64,000 bases of DNA from Herbiconiux sp. (GCF_023264855.1 NZ_JAHFUW010000020.1:538-64537), one strand, 5' to 3'; numbered from the stretch's first letter, positions 8,995 to 17,727 are shown. Program-made: numbers and translations. The notes: generated by a model from the letters alone, not told the origin.

Positions 8995-11297
8995 CAGCCA
9001 TGGCTTCCGGCCCTGCGCAGCTCTCGGGAACGGTGACGCTGGACAGTGCTGATGGCGCTCCGGCCGTGGGCGTCATCGTTCAAGCCTACGAAATCCTGGG
9101 CCCGGAAGACCTGGGCTTGATCGCCGACACGAGGACAGCCCCGGACGGTTCCTACTCGCTGGACCTCTACGCTCCGGGACGCTTTACGATCATCACCCGA
9201 CCCGCTGCGGGAGACGGCCGCGCTCCGGCGATCGTCGAGGATTTTCCGGTGACGTCCGATACGGACCTCGACCTGACTCAGGTTGTGGGGGCCACTTTGT
9301 CCGGTACGGTCCTCTCCCCATCGGCCTCGCCTGTTCCCGGCGCGGAAGTGTACGTGGCCCTCCACGGCACCGGTAGCACAGTGTCCCAGGAGACCACGAC
9401 CGACTCGGAAGGTGCGTTCCAGCTTGCCCAGCTTCCGGCCGGTGATTTCACGTTGACTGGGACTTCCGACGACTTCGACCCCGTGTGGGTGCCGGTGACT
9501 CTGGCGCCATCGGAGGCCAAGGCGGGCTTCTCGGTTCAGCTGCTCGCCCATGCGACGATCTCAGGCCGCGTCACGTCGTCGATCGATGCCGACCAGGGAA
9601 TCGGGGGAATCGTGGTCACCCGCGACGGAGTGAGCACGACCACGGCGACGGACGGATCCTGGATTCTGACGGGCGACCAGCGGCAGCCTTTCGGCAGCGG
9701 CACACTGGCGTTCTCGGATCCCACGCAGGCATACCTCCCACAGTGGTGGAAGGGAGCCTCGACGGAATCGGCTGCTAATGGGATCAGGCTTGATCCGGGC
9801 GAACAGGCGACCGGCTATGACGCCCGACTCGTTCCCGCTGGGACCGTCTCCGGCAAGGTGACCTCGTTCGGAGACGGGATCGGCATCGCCGGGGTGTCCG
9901 TATCGGTCACCGGGCCGGACTCTGCGATCGCCGGTAGCAGGGTGATCTCGGACGCCGCAGGCAACTATTCGGTGAGGGGCGTGCCGGCCGGTACGTACTC
10001 CGTCAACTTCTACAAGTCGGGTTCCGGCTTTCTGGGAACCTCCGTGGCAGGCGTAGTCGTCCTGCGTGGCAAGTCCGTGACGACGGATGCGGTTCTGGAT
10101 CGTGCTTCCGCGATTGTCGGCAAGGTCACCTTCGAGGGAGACGGCCCCGTCGACCTCACCGCGGTCCGCCTGCGGATGACGGGGCAGACCGTGAGGCCCG
10201 ATGCCCAGGGCAACTTCACGTTCACCGGCCTGGCCGGCGGCACCTACAAGTTCGAGGTGATCCCGGACGACCAGACCACGTATGTCAGTCGCTGGTACGT
10301 CAACGGCACCGACCCGAGCAACGCCACCCCCGTGGTCGTGAAGGCGAACGAGCCTCCGACACGCGCGGACGTCGTGGTGCCGCTGCAGGTGTATCCGAAG
10401 ACGACCCGGGTGTCCGGCGCCGACCGGTACGCGGTCGCGGTGTCCGTGTCGAAGAAGACGTTCCCGGGCGGCGCTCCCACGGTCTATGTCGCGACGGGTG
10501 AGACCTATCCGGATGCGCTGTCGGCCGGCGCGGCCGCGGTCACGCAGGGCGGCCCCCTGCTGATGACCCCAAAGAACACCCTTCCCGCCGAGGTGAAGGC
10601 AGAGATCCAGCGTCTGAAGCCGGCGAACATCGTGGTGGTCGGCGGCCCGAACTCCGTCTCCCCCGCCGTGTTCGACGCGCTGAAGAAGCTGCAGTCCAAG
10701 ACCACTCGGGTCGACGGCGCGGACCGTTTCGCGGTGTCGCGGGAACTCGCCCTGGACGTCTTCGGTGACGGCGGAGCCGACGTCGTCTACATCGCGACCG
10801 GCCTGAACTTCCCCGATGCACTCGGCGCCAGCGGCGCCGCCGGATTCCAGGGCGGCCCCGTCCTCCTGGTCAACGGCCAAGCCGGAACCCTCGATGCCGC
10901 CACCAAAACGGCACTGGACACCCTCGATCCCGGCAAGATCGTCATCGCCGGCGGACCCGCATCCGTCAGCACCGGCATCGAGAACGCCCTGAAGGCCTAC
11001 GGCCCCGTGCAACGCCTCGGCGGCGCAGACCGCTACGAAGCCTCCGTCGCCATCAACCTCAACGCCTACACCAGCTCCGACGAAGCATTCCTCGTCACCG
11101 GCAGCACCTTTCCGGATGCTCTCTCCGGCTCGGCCTGGGCCGGCCACCTCGGCGCCCCGCTCTACGTCAGCCGACCCGACTGCGTCCCGCAGGTCACCCT
11201 CGACGCCCTCCACAAGCAAGGCGTCAAGAAGCTCATCCTCATCGGCGGGCCCAACTCGCTCTCCGCCGACGTGCTCGCCCTCAAACCCTGCAGCTAG
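8892..11297 (+). CDS. secreted surface protein B (paralog; same architecture)
   Basis: 801 aa, starting 9 nt after gene A. The C-terminal ~410 aa are nearly identical to A. The N-terminal domains are divergent. Confidence 0.85.
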   Translation: MVSNNPRTPPVLRRALATLVGLALVIGSTLTAQGAAMASGPAQLSGTVTLDSADGAPAVGVIVQAYEILGPEDLGLIADTRTAPDGSYSLDLYAPGRFTIITRPAAGDGRAPAIVEDFPVTSDTDLDLTQVVGATLSGTVLSPSASPVPGAEVYVALHGTGSTVSQETTTDSEGAFQLAQLPAGDFTLTGTSDDFDPVWVPVTLAPSEAKAGFSVQLLAHATISGRVTSSIDADQGIGGIVVTRDGVSTTTATDGSWILTGDQRQPFGSGTLAFSDPTQAYLPQWWKGASTESAANGIRLDPGEQATGYDARLVPAGTVSGKVTSFGDGIGIAGVSVSVTGPDSAIAGSRVISDAAGNYSVRGVPAGTYSVNFYKSGSGFLGTSVAGVVVLRGKSVTTDAVLDRASAIVGKVTFEGDGPVDLTAVRLRMTGQTVRPDAQGNFTFTGLAGGTYKFEVIPDDQTTYVSRWYVNGTDPSNATPVVVKANEPPTRADVVVPLQVYPKTTRVSGADRYAVAVSVSKKTFPGGAPTVYVATGETYPDALSAGAAAVTQGGPLLMTPKNTLPAEVKAEIQRLKPANIVVVGGPNSVSPAVFDALKKLQSKTTRVDGADRFAVSRELALDVFGDGGADVVYIATGLNFPDALGASGAAGFQGGPVLLVNGQAGTLDAATKTALDTLDPGKIVIAGGPASVSTGIENALKAYGPVQRLGGADRYEASVAINLNAYTSSDEAFLVTGSTFPDALSGSAWAGHLGAPLYVSRPDCVPQVTLDALHKQGVKKLILIGGPNSLSADVLALKPCS

Positions 11298-11409
11298 GAA
11301 CCAGCCATGGTCTCGAACAACCCCCGAACACCCCCGGTTCTGAGACGAGCGCTCGCCACACTCGTGGGCCTGGCCCTCGTCATCGGCAGCACACTCACCG
11401 CACAAGGCA
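10062..11409 (+). repeat. copy 2 of the ~1.35-kb direct repeat
   Basis: See copy 1. 10722..11398 is identical to 8307..8983. Confidence 0.9.
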
Positions 11410-13727
11410 CAGCCACAGCCGCCGAGACCGTCCACGTGACCGGAACGGTGACGACGGACGCAGCCGATGGAACGCCCGCGGTGGACGTCACCGTCCAGGC
11501 GTACCCCTACAGGTCGGACCCGTTGTGGTTCGCCGACACGGACTTCCCGGAAGCGACCGCCACCACGAGCACCGACGGTTCGTACAGCTTCGACGGTCTG
11601 CACGCCGGCGCCTACATGATCGTGGCGGTGCCCGCGGCGGGCGACGACCGCGCACCGGCCTACATCACCGGCATCGACCTGAGCGCCGACACCGATAGCG
11701 TCGATCTTGTGCTCATGCCGGGCGCGAGCGTGTCGGGCACCGTCGTGTTGCCATCGGGCGCCCCCGTCGTCGGCGCTCTCCTCTGGTTCGAGTATCCGGG
11801 CACGGGAGGACGATTCGACCAGCACCTCGAGTCGGGTCAGGGTGGCACGTTCGCGCTCGCATCGCTCCCCGCGGGCGACTACTCCCTCGGCGCCAACGCC
11901 TCTCATCAGTCGCTGGACCCGGTCGAGCTGCCGCTCACGCTGGTTGCGGCTCAGGTCGTCACCGACCTTACGATCCAGATGCTCCCTCCCGCATCGATCT
12001 CAGGTCGGGTCACGTCGTCGACGGATGCTGACAAGGGACTGAGCGGGGTCATAGTGACCCGAAATGGAAAGAGCACGACCACCCGGGCCGACGGCACGTG
12101 GAGTCTCACCGGGCTCCAGTACGAGTGGGCCGGCAGGCTGTCGTTCTCGGATCCCTCCGAGAACTATCTCCCTCAGTGGTGGAAGGGCCACGCCACGGAA
12201 ACAGGCTCGAAGTACATCGAGCTGTCGCCCGGAGAGCAGGCGACGGGATATGACGCCCAGCTCATTCCAGCGGCGACCATAAGCGGCACAGTGACCTCGT
12301 TCGGCGATGGACAGCCCATCGCCGGTGTGACCGTAACCAGGTCAGGTCCCAACCCGAGCGATCCGGTCGTCACGGTGACTACCGACTCCGCAGGGAACTA
12401 CGCAGTGAAGAGCGTCCCGGCGGGCACATACACCCTCAGGTTCGACGCACCCGGCTCGACGTTCGTGCGGAAGACCATTCAGGACGTAGTCGTCTTGCGA
12501 GGGAAGTCCGTGACGACGGATGCCATCCTCGATCGCACCTCCGGAATCGTCGGCACAGTGACCTTCGAGGGTCCGGGGCCGGTCGATCTCACCAAGGTGC
12601 GCCTAGTGATGACGGGCCAGACCGTGCGCCCTGATGCCGATGGCACCTTCGCCTTCACCGGACTCGCAACAGGCAACTACAAGTTTCAGGTCCTGCCTGA
12701 TGACACCGCCGCGCATGTCAGCCGGTGGTATGTCAACGGCACCGAGCTGAAGAACGCGACGCCGGTCGCGGTCAAGGCCAACGAGCCGCCGGTCCGCATC
12801 GAGGTGACCGTGCCGCTCCAGAAGTATCCGAAGACCACGCGCGTGTCCGGGGCCGACCGGTACGCAGTGGCCGTCGCAGTCTCCCAAAAAGCCTTCCCCG
12901 GAGGGGCTCCGACGGTGTACATCGCAACCGGAGAGAACTATCCCGATGCCCTCTCGGCCGGCGCCGCTGCAGTTACGCAGGGCGGCCCTCTGCTCATGAC
13001 GCCGAAAGGCGCTCTTCCCGCGTCCGTGAAGGCCGAGATCCAGCGACTGAATCCGTCGAAGATCGTGGTCGTCGGCGGGCCGAACTCGGTGTCACCGGCG
13101 GTGTTCTCGGCGCTCACCGCACTGAAGAAGAACACGACCAGGGTGGAGGGTGCCGACCGGTTCGCCGTGTCGCGCAATCTGGCGACCGACGTGTTCGGCG
13201 CTGATACGGATGTGGTCTACATCGCCACCGGGCTGAACTTCCCCGACGCCCTCGGTGCGAGCGGCGCGGCCGGTTTCCAGGGTGGTCCCGTGCTGCTGGT
13301 GGACGGCCGGTCCGACACGCTCGACGCGGCGACGAAGACGGCACTGAGCACTCTGGCACCGGATCGGATCCTGATCGCGGGTGGACCGGCTTCAGTCAGC
13401 GCCGGCATTCAGAACGCCCTCAGCGCGTACGGGACCGTGGAACGACTCGACGGCGCCGACCGCTACGAGGCGTCCGTCGCCATCAACCTCGACGCCTACA
13501 CCAGCTCCGCCGAAGCGTTCCTGGTGACCGGCAGCACCTTCCCGGATGCCCTCTCCGGCTCAGCCTGGGCCGGACACCTCGGCGCCCCGCTGTACGTCAG
13601 CCGACCCGACTGCATCCCACAGGTCACCCTCGACGCCCTCCACCAGCAAGGCGTCAAGAAGCTCACCCTCATCGGCGGGCCCAATTCGCTCTCCGCCGAC
13701 GTGCTCGCCCTCAAGCCCTGTAGCTAG
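11307..13727 (+). CDS. secreted surface protein C (paralog; same architecture)
   Basis: 806 aa, starting 9 nt after gene B. The first 34 aa are identical to B. The N-terminal domains are closest to A. The CWB2 part is clearly diverged from that of A and B. Confidence 0.85.
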   Translation: MVSNNPRTPPVLRRALATLVGLALVIGSTLTAQGTATAAETVHVTGTVTTDAADGTPAVDVTVQAYPYRSDPLWFADTDFPEATATTSTDGSYSFDGLHAGAYMIVAVPAAGDDRAPAYITGIDLSADTDSVDLVLMPGASVSGTVVLPSGAPVVGALLWFEYPGTGGRFDQHLESGQGGTFALASLPAGDYSLGANASHQSLDPVELPLTLVAAQVVTDLTIQMLPPASISGRVTSSTDADKGLSGVIVTRNGKSTTTRADGTWSLTGLQYEWAGRLSFSDPSENYLPQWWKGHATETGSKYIELSPGEQATGYDAQLIPAATISGTVTSFGDGQPIAGVTVTRSGPNPSDPVVTVTTDSAGNYAVKSVPAGTYTLRFDAPGSTFVRKTIQDVVVLRGKSVTTDAILDRTSGIVGTVTFEGPGPVDLTKVRLVMTGQTVRPDADGTFAFTGLATGNYKFQVLPDDTAAHVSRWYVNGTELKNATPVAVKANEPPVRIEVTVPLQKYPKTTRVSGADRYAVAVAVSQKAFPGGAPTVYIATGENYPDALSAGAAAVTQGGPLLMTPKGALPASVKAEIQRLNPSKIVVVGGPNSVSPAVFSALTALKKNTTRVEGADRFAVSRNLATDVFGADTDVVYIATGLNFPDALGASGAAGFQGGPVLLVDGRSDTLDAATKTALSTLAPDRILIAGGPASVSAGIQNALSAYGTVERLDGADRYEASVAINLDAYTSSAEAFLVTGSTFPDALSGSAWAGHLGAPLYVSRPDCIPQVTLDALHQQGVKKLTLIGGPNSLSADVLALKPCS

Positions 13728-14647
13728 GGCAGGTCGACAGGGAGGCCGGTGAGCTCGGCACAGCGCTCCCAGAGACGGCGCTGAAGCGCGAGGTCGCCGG
13801 CCTGCGGGGCGGTGCGCCCGTCGGCGCGCATGCGGTCGAAGTAGGTGCCGCTGGGCGCCGGCACCGGTGAGGCTGAGGAGAGAGCGATCAGCGGGGCGGC
13901 GCCGACCTCGGCGCTCACACCCCAGCGGCTACCGGTGAGGGCGTTGCCGAGCCGGATGAGCGGCGAGCTCGCGCCGAAACTCGTGTTCACGGCACCCGGA
14001 TGCACCGAGTAGGCCTCCACGGCCGGGTCACCTGAGTGCCCGATCGCACCGGAGCCGGTGCCGGCACCGGCGCCGGATGCCGCGGTTCGGCGGGCCAGCT
14101 CGCGCGTGAACAGGATCACCGCGAGCTTCGCCGTGCCGTAGGCGCGCCAGCCGCCGAGCCAGCGGTGGTGCTCGAAGTCGAGGTCGTCGACGTCGAGCCG
14201 GCCGACCCGGTTCGCCACGCTGGAGGTGGTGATGACGCGGCCGTGCCCGGGCGCGTTCTCCTCAGCGGCCCTCTGCACCGACGGCAGGAGCAGGCGCGTG
14301 ATCAGGTAGTGCGAGAGCAGGTTGCTCTGGATGGTGGCCTCGTGGCCGTCGACCGTTCGGAGGCGCTTCGAGATGAGGCCGCCCGCATTGTTCAGCAGCA
14401 CGTCGATCCGCTCGTGCCTCTCGGTGAGCACGGCGGCCAGGGCGCGCACGTCGTCGAACCGGGTGAAGTCGGCGAGGTGGTATTCGGCCCCGATCCGGCG
14501 GGCGACGGCGCGGGTGCGCTCCGGATCGCGCCCCACCACCACGACGGTCTCCCCCTGCTGGGCGAAGTGGGTGGCGGCGACGGCGCCGATTCCGGAGCTG
14601 GCGCCGGTGACGACGATCGTGCGAGGGCTGGTGGTCATGCTGTTCAT
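13724..14647 (-). CDS. SDR family oxidoreductase
   Basis: 307 aa. TGASSGIG cofactor motif, NNAG, and a Y...K catalytic pair (YGTAK). Its 3' end overlaps surface gene C convergently by 4 nt. Confidence 0.85.
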   Translation of the reverse strand: MNSMTTSPRTIVVTGASSGIGAVAATHFAQQGETVVVVGRDPERTRAVARRIGAEYHLADFTRFDDVRALAAVLTERHERIDVLLNNAGGLISKRLRTVDGHEATIQSNLLSHYLITRLLLPSVQRAAEENAPGHGRVITTSSVANRVGRLDVDDLDFEHHRWLGGWRAYGTAKLAVILFTRELARRTAASGAGAGTGSGAIGHSGDPAVEAYSVHPGAVNTSFGASSPLIRLGNALTGSRWGVSAEVGAAPLIALSSASPVPAPSGTYFDRMRADGRTAPQAGDLALQRRLWERCAELTGLPVDLP

Positions 14648-14719
14648 CGTGGCATGCCGGGCCGCCGGTCACCCGGGGCGAGGGGGGATTCCCACCCGCC
14701 CCGGGCATCCGTCGGGCTG

Positions 14720-15160
14720 CTACTGCTCGAGTGCGGCGTCGAGGGTGATCTCGACCCCGGTGAGGGCCTTGCTCACGGGGCAGCTCGCCTTGGCGGCCGC
14801 GGCGGCCTCGGCGAAGGCGGCGGCGTCGATTCCGGAGACCTCTCCGCGCACCGTCAGGGCGATGCCGGAGAGGCGGAAGCCGCCCTCCGGGTCGGGCCCG
14901 AGGGTCACGTCGGCCTTGACGTCGAGCGCCTCGACCGTTCCGCCCGCGGCTCCCAGCAGGGCGGAGAACTGCATCGCGTAACAGGCCGAGTGCGCAGCGG
15001 CGAGCAATTCCTCGGGACTGGTCGATCCGTCGGCCTCGTCGGCGGCACGCTTCGGGAACGAGACGTCGAAGGTCGCGAGCTTCGAGCTGGTCAGTTCGAC
15101 CTGGCCTTCGCCGGTCTCCAGGCTGCCGTTCCAGGCGGTACGAGCGGTGCGAGTGGGCAT
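14720..15160 (-). CDS. osmC: OsmC family peroxiredoxin
   Basis: 146 aa. Aligns by eye to E. coli OsmC (A.W.G....G.G, NPEELLAAAHSACY, KASCPVSKAL). AGGAG lies upstream of the ATG. Confidence 0.9.
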   Translation of the reverse strand: MPTRTARTAWNGSLETGEGQVELTSSKLATFDVSFPKRAADEADGSTSPEELLAAAHSACYAMQFSALLGAAGGTVEALDVKADVTLGPDPEGGFRLSGIALTVRGEVSGIDAAAFAEAAAAAKASCPVSKALTGVEITLDAALEQ

Positions 15161-15206
15161 GATTCTCCTTGCGTTGTGATGGATGTGAGGGACGGAGGGA
15201 CGGTCG

Positions 15207-15668
15207 TCAGCGGCTCGCGAGGTCGAGCGAACCGCGCACGTTGCGGTTCAGCCGCGAAACCTGCTCGCGCAGGGCGGCGATGTCGGTGAGCTCGAGCCCG
15301 GTGGCGGCGCAGAGGCGTTCGGGGATGTCGGCCGCCTGCTCGCGGAGAGCGCGACCGGCGTCGGTGAGGTGCACGAGCACCGTTCGCTCATCGATGCCGG
15401 ATCGGCGCCGCTCGAGCAGGCCGGCCCTCTCCAGGCGGCGCAGCAACGGCGACACGGTTCCGCTGTCGAGTTCGAGGCGCTCGCCCAAGGCGCCGACCGT
15501 GCGCGGCTCGCCCTGCCAGAGCAGCTGCATCACCAGGTACTGGGGGTAGGTGATGCCGAGCGGCGCGAGGAGGTCGCGGTAGAGCGCGGTGAGTGAGCGC
15601 GAGGCGCTGTATAGAGCGAAGCAGATCTGCTGATCCACGGGGATCGATCCGGCGGTCGTCGTCTGCAT
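15207..15668 (-). CDS. MarR family (OhrR-like) transcriptional regulator
   Basis: Internal ATG at 15668 of ORF 15207..15764. Starts MQTTTAGSIPVDQQICFALYSASRSLTALYR...ITYPQYLVMQLLW, with a reactive-Cys-type N-terminal Cys. Lies directly upstream of osmC. Confidence 0.85.
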   Translation of the reverse strand: MQTTTAGSIPVDQQICFALYSASRSLTALYRDLLAPLGITYPQYLVMQLLWQGEPRTVGALGERLELDSGTVSPLLRRLERAGLLERRRSGIDERTVLVHLTDAGRALREQAADIPERLCAATGLELTDIAALREQVSRLNRNVRGSLDLASR

Positions 15669-15685
15669 GCTGCGAGCGTAGCACC

Positions 15686-15712
15686 ATTGTGCCCAATCAA
15701 GTTGTGCACAAC
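15686..15712. promoter_or_regulatory. two adjacent palindromic boxes, candidate MarR operator
   Basis: ATTGTGCCCAAT (15686-15697; 10 of 12 positions palindromic) and GTTGTGCACAAC (15701-15712; perfect 12-bp palindrome). They sit in the 94-nt divergent spacer between marR and the zf-UBP gene. Confidence 0.4.
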
Positions 15713-15762
15713 AGATCGGCGGATGCGACGCGCTCGGCGTCGACGCGCGGCATGATGGACGC

Positions 15763-16116
15763 ATGGCAGAACACGACGACTACATCGATCCCGCCGCCGC
15801 CCCGAGCGGGGCCGGCTGCCTAGAGTGCGACGAAACCGGCAGCTGGTGGGTGCACCTGCGGCGCTGTGCGAAATGCGGGCACGTCGGATGCTGCGACGAC
15901 TCGCTGAACAAGCACGGCACGGCGCACTTCCGCGCCACGGGACACCGCATCATGCAGAGCTTCGAACCGGGCGAGGACTGGTTCTGGGACTTCGGAACCG
16001 GCCGTTACGCCGAGACGGCGATCGCCCTGGCCGCCCCCACGTCGCATCCGGAGTCGCAGACGGTTCCCGGACCGGCCGAGCGAGTACCAGCAGATTGGCA
16101 GCAGCTGCTCGGCTGA
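15763..16116 (+). CDS. UBP-type zinc-finger domain protein
   Basis: 117 aa. Cys/His pattern C.EC....W.HLR.C..CGHVGCCD.S...H...H...TGH. Confidence 0.8.
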   Translation: MAEHDDYIDPAAAPSGAGCLECDETGSWWVHLRRCAKCGHVGCCDDSLNKHGTAHFRATGHRIMQSFEPGEDWFWDFGTGRYAETAIALAAPTSHPESQTVPGPAERVPADWQQLLG

Positions 16117-16141
16117 ACGACCGTCATTCCGGCGACCCCGC

Positions 16142-17197
16142 CTAGGCCGGGCCTCCGGGATTCACCCGGAAGCGCGGCGGCCGTGACACGAGGGCGATCA
16201 GCCGTTCGAGCGGCCCTTGGCCCATCGTGAGCCGCCAGACGGTGGCGAACACCAGACTGCACAGGGTGAGCACGACGAAAGGCTCCCAGGTGCCGTACCC
16301 GGGCGCGTCGGAGCTGTACCAGACCGTCAGGGCGAGCACATGAGCGGTGTAGACCGTGAGCGGCATCGAGCCGACGGCCCGGAGCGGCCAGAGCACGATG
16401 CCGAGCACCCGGGCGAGGGCGTTCCGGCCGGAGGTGAGCAGCAGCAGAACGCCCACCACCAGCAGCGCGGCGCCGATGGCGGCGATGTGCCGCAGCAGTT
16501 CCTGCGGGAACGTCAGCGGGGCGTCCCCGTCGGAGACCAGGGCCGCCACGACGGCGATCGTGAGCACCGCGCCGGAACCGGTGATGATCAGCTGACTGCG
16601 TCGCGTCGTCAGATCGAGCCGCGACACGGCGAAGCCGACGGCGAGGAAGGCCGCCCAGATCAGCAGCGGGTAGCTGCCGGTCGTGAACCAGTCCGACAGC
16701 TGCGCCAGTTCGGTGTGCTCGAGCACGAACGCGCTCGCCCGTCCTGACACGGCGACCCGGATGGCGGAGCCGATCACGAGCAGCACGGCCGCGCCGATCA
16801 GCAGCGCGCGCGACTTCGTCACGAGGAACGGCAGCGCGATCAGGAACAGCAGACCCCAGGTGTCGAGCACGATCGAGACGCCGGACGACATGGTCTGCAG
16901 GAACAGGCCCAGGGCCACCAGGAAGATGCCCCGGATGGCCACCGTGCGCCGCACCTCGCCCAGAAGCTGCCCCTCGCGTAGCCGGGACGCCACGAACAGC
17001 CCGAGCGCGATGCCGCCCGTGATCGCGAACAGCGTGCGCGGCCGCTCCCCGCCGCCGGCGACCGCGAGCAGCCGGCCGAAGAACCCGCCCTCGTCGTCGG
17101 GCTGGGTGTGGGCGATGAACATCGTCAGCACGGCCCACCCGCGCGCGATGTCGATCGCGGGTATGCGGTGCGCTTGGATCGCTCTCATCGTCCCCAT
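16142..17197 (-). CDS. integral membrane acyltransferase-like protein (DUF1624 / HGSNAT-domain type)
   Basis: 351 aa and about 10 hydrophobic helices. N-terminal IPAIDIARGWAVLTMFIAH. The start could instead be the ATG at 17188. Confidence 0.7.
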   Translation of the reverse strand: MGTMRAIQAHRIPAIDIARGWAVLTMFIAHTQPDDEGGFFGRLLAVAGGGERPRTLFAITGGIALGLFVASRLREGQLLGEVRRTVAIRGIFLVALGLFLQTMSSGVSIVLDTWGLLFLIALPFLVTKSRALLIGAAVLLVIGSAIRVAVSGRASAFVLEHTELAQLSDWFTTGSYPLLIWAAFLAVGFAVSRLDLTTRRSQLIITGSGAVLTIAVVAALVSDGDAPLTFPQELLRHIAAIGAALLVVGVLLLLTSGRNALARVLGIVLWPLRAVGSMPLTVYTAHVLALTVWYSSDAPGYGTWEPFVVLTLCSLVFATVWRLTMGQGPLERLIALVSRPPRFRVNPGGPA

Positions 17198-17304
17198 CCG
17201 ATTCGGCCGTCACAGCGGTGTCGCCTCCAATCCTACGAGCCGGCGCGCATCGGCCCGGAGGGCAAGGGGGTTGCCGCGATCCGGATCGGTCGTAGCGTCG
17301 GAGC

Positions 17305-17562
17305 ATGGCAGTTCAAAGCGGTAACGACGAAGGGACCGTCCGCAAGGACGAGTCCTACAGCCCGGCGAGCGGCCGGGAGACCGAATCGGCGCAGCAGGAT
17401 CCGCGATCCTCGGCGCACCTCGACGATCCCGAGATCGATGCCTCGGCGGTGAAATCCGTTCCCGGCGAGGGCGGCCCCGACGACGCGGGCGACATCGAGG
17501 TCGACGACGAGGGCATCCGTGAGGCGATCGCCCGCCGCTCGCGCGACGTGCGGGGGCGCTGA
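17305..17562 (+). CDS. small acidic hypothetical protein
   Basis: 85 aa. High third-position GC and non-shadow composition (D/E-rich). No recognisable motif. Confidence 0.4.
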   Translation: MAVQSGNDEGTVRKDESYSPASGRETESAQQDPRSSAHLDDPEIDASAVKSVPGEGGPDDAGDIEVDDEGIREAIARRSRDVRGR

Positions 17563-17605
17563 ACTCCGCACGCCGACCGGGAGCTGAACCGCACGCTGCT
17601 GCGAG

Positions 17606-17678
17606 TGGGCCCTACCGGGCTCGAACCGATGACATCCACGGTGTAAACGTGGCGCTCTACCAACTGAGCTAAAGGCCC
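17606..17678 (-). tRNA. tRNA-Val (anticodon TAC)
   Basis: The reverse complement folds as a cloverleaf: GGGCCTT/AGGGCCC acceptor stem, GCTC..GAGC D stem, CCACG-TTTACAC-CGTGG anticodon arm and ATCGG-TTCGAGC-CCGGT T arm. CCA is not encoded. Confidence 0.95.
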
Positions 17679-17727
17679 CCTCGCGCCGTGCGGCGCGTCA
17701 AAAGCATACAGGCTTAGGCTCAGGGAC

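Noticed and set aside
8103-11906. Two long minus-strand ORFs (482 and 781 aa) with a repeated internal segment
   Set aside because: They are antisense to surface-protein genes A to C. Their internal duplication simply mirrors the 1.35-kb direct repeat. The + strand frames have coherent domain repeats and signal peptides.
16005-17306. A 433-aa minus-strand ORF overlapping the DUF1624-type membrane gene in another frame
   Set aside because: The frame starting at 17197 gives a coherent ~10-helix membrane protein. The alternative frame is Arg-rich (RRRGR runs) and crosses the convergent zf-UBP gene end.
17606-17678. tRNA genes (Val at 17606, Met at 36601, Asn at 40821) as possible integration sites of genomic islands or prophages
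   Set aside because: There is no integrase, transposase or phage-like gene anywhere in the window. I saw no duplicated tRNA 3' segment nearby. The flanking genes are ordinary housekeeping or membrane genes with the same composition as the rest.
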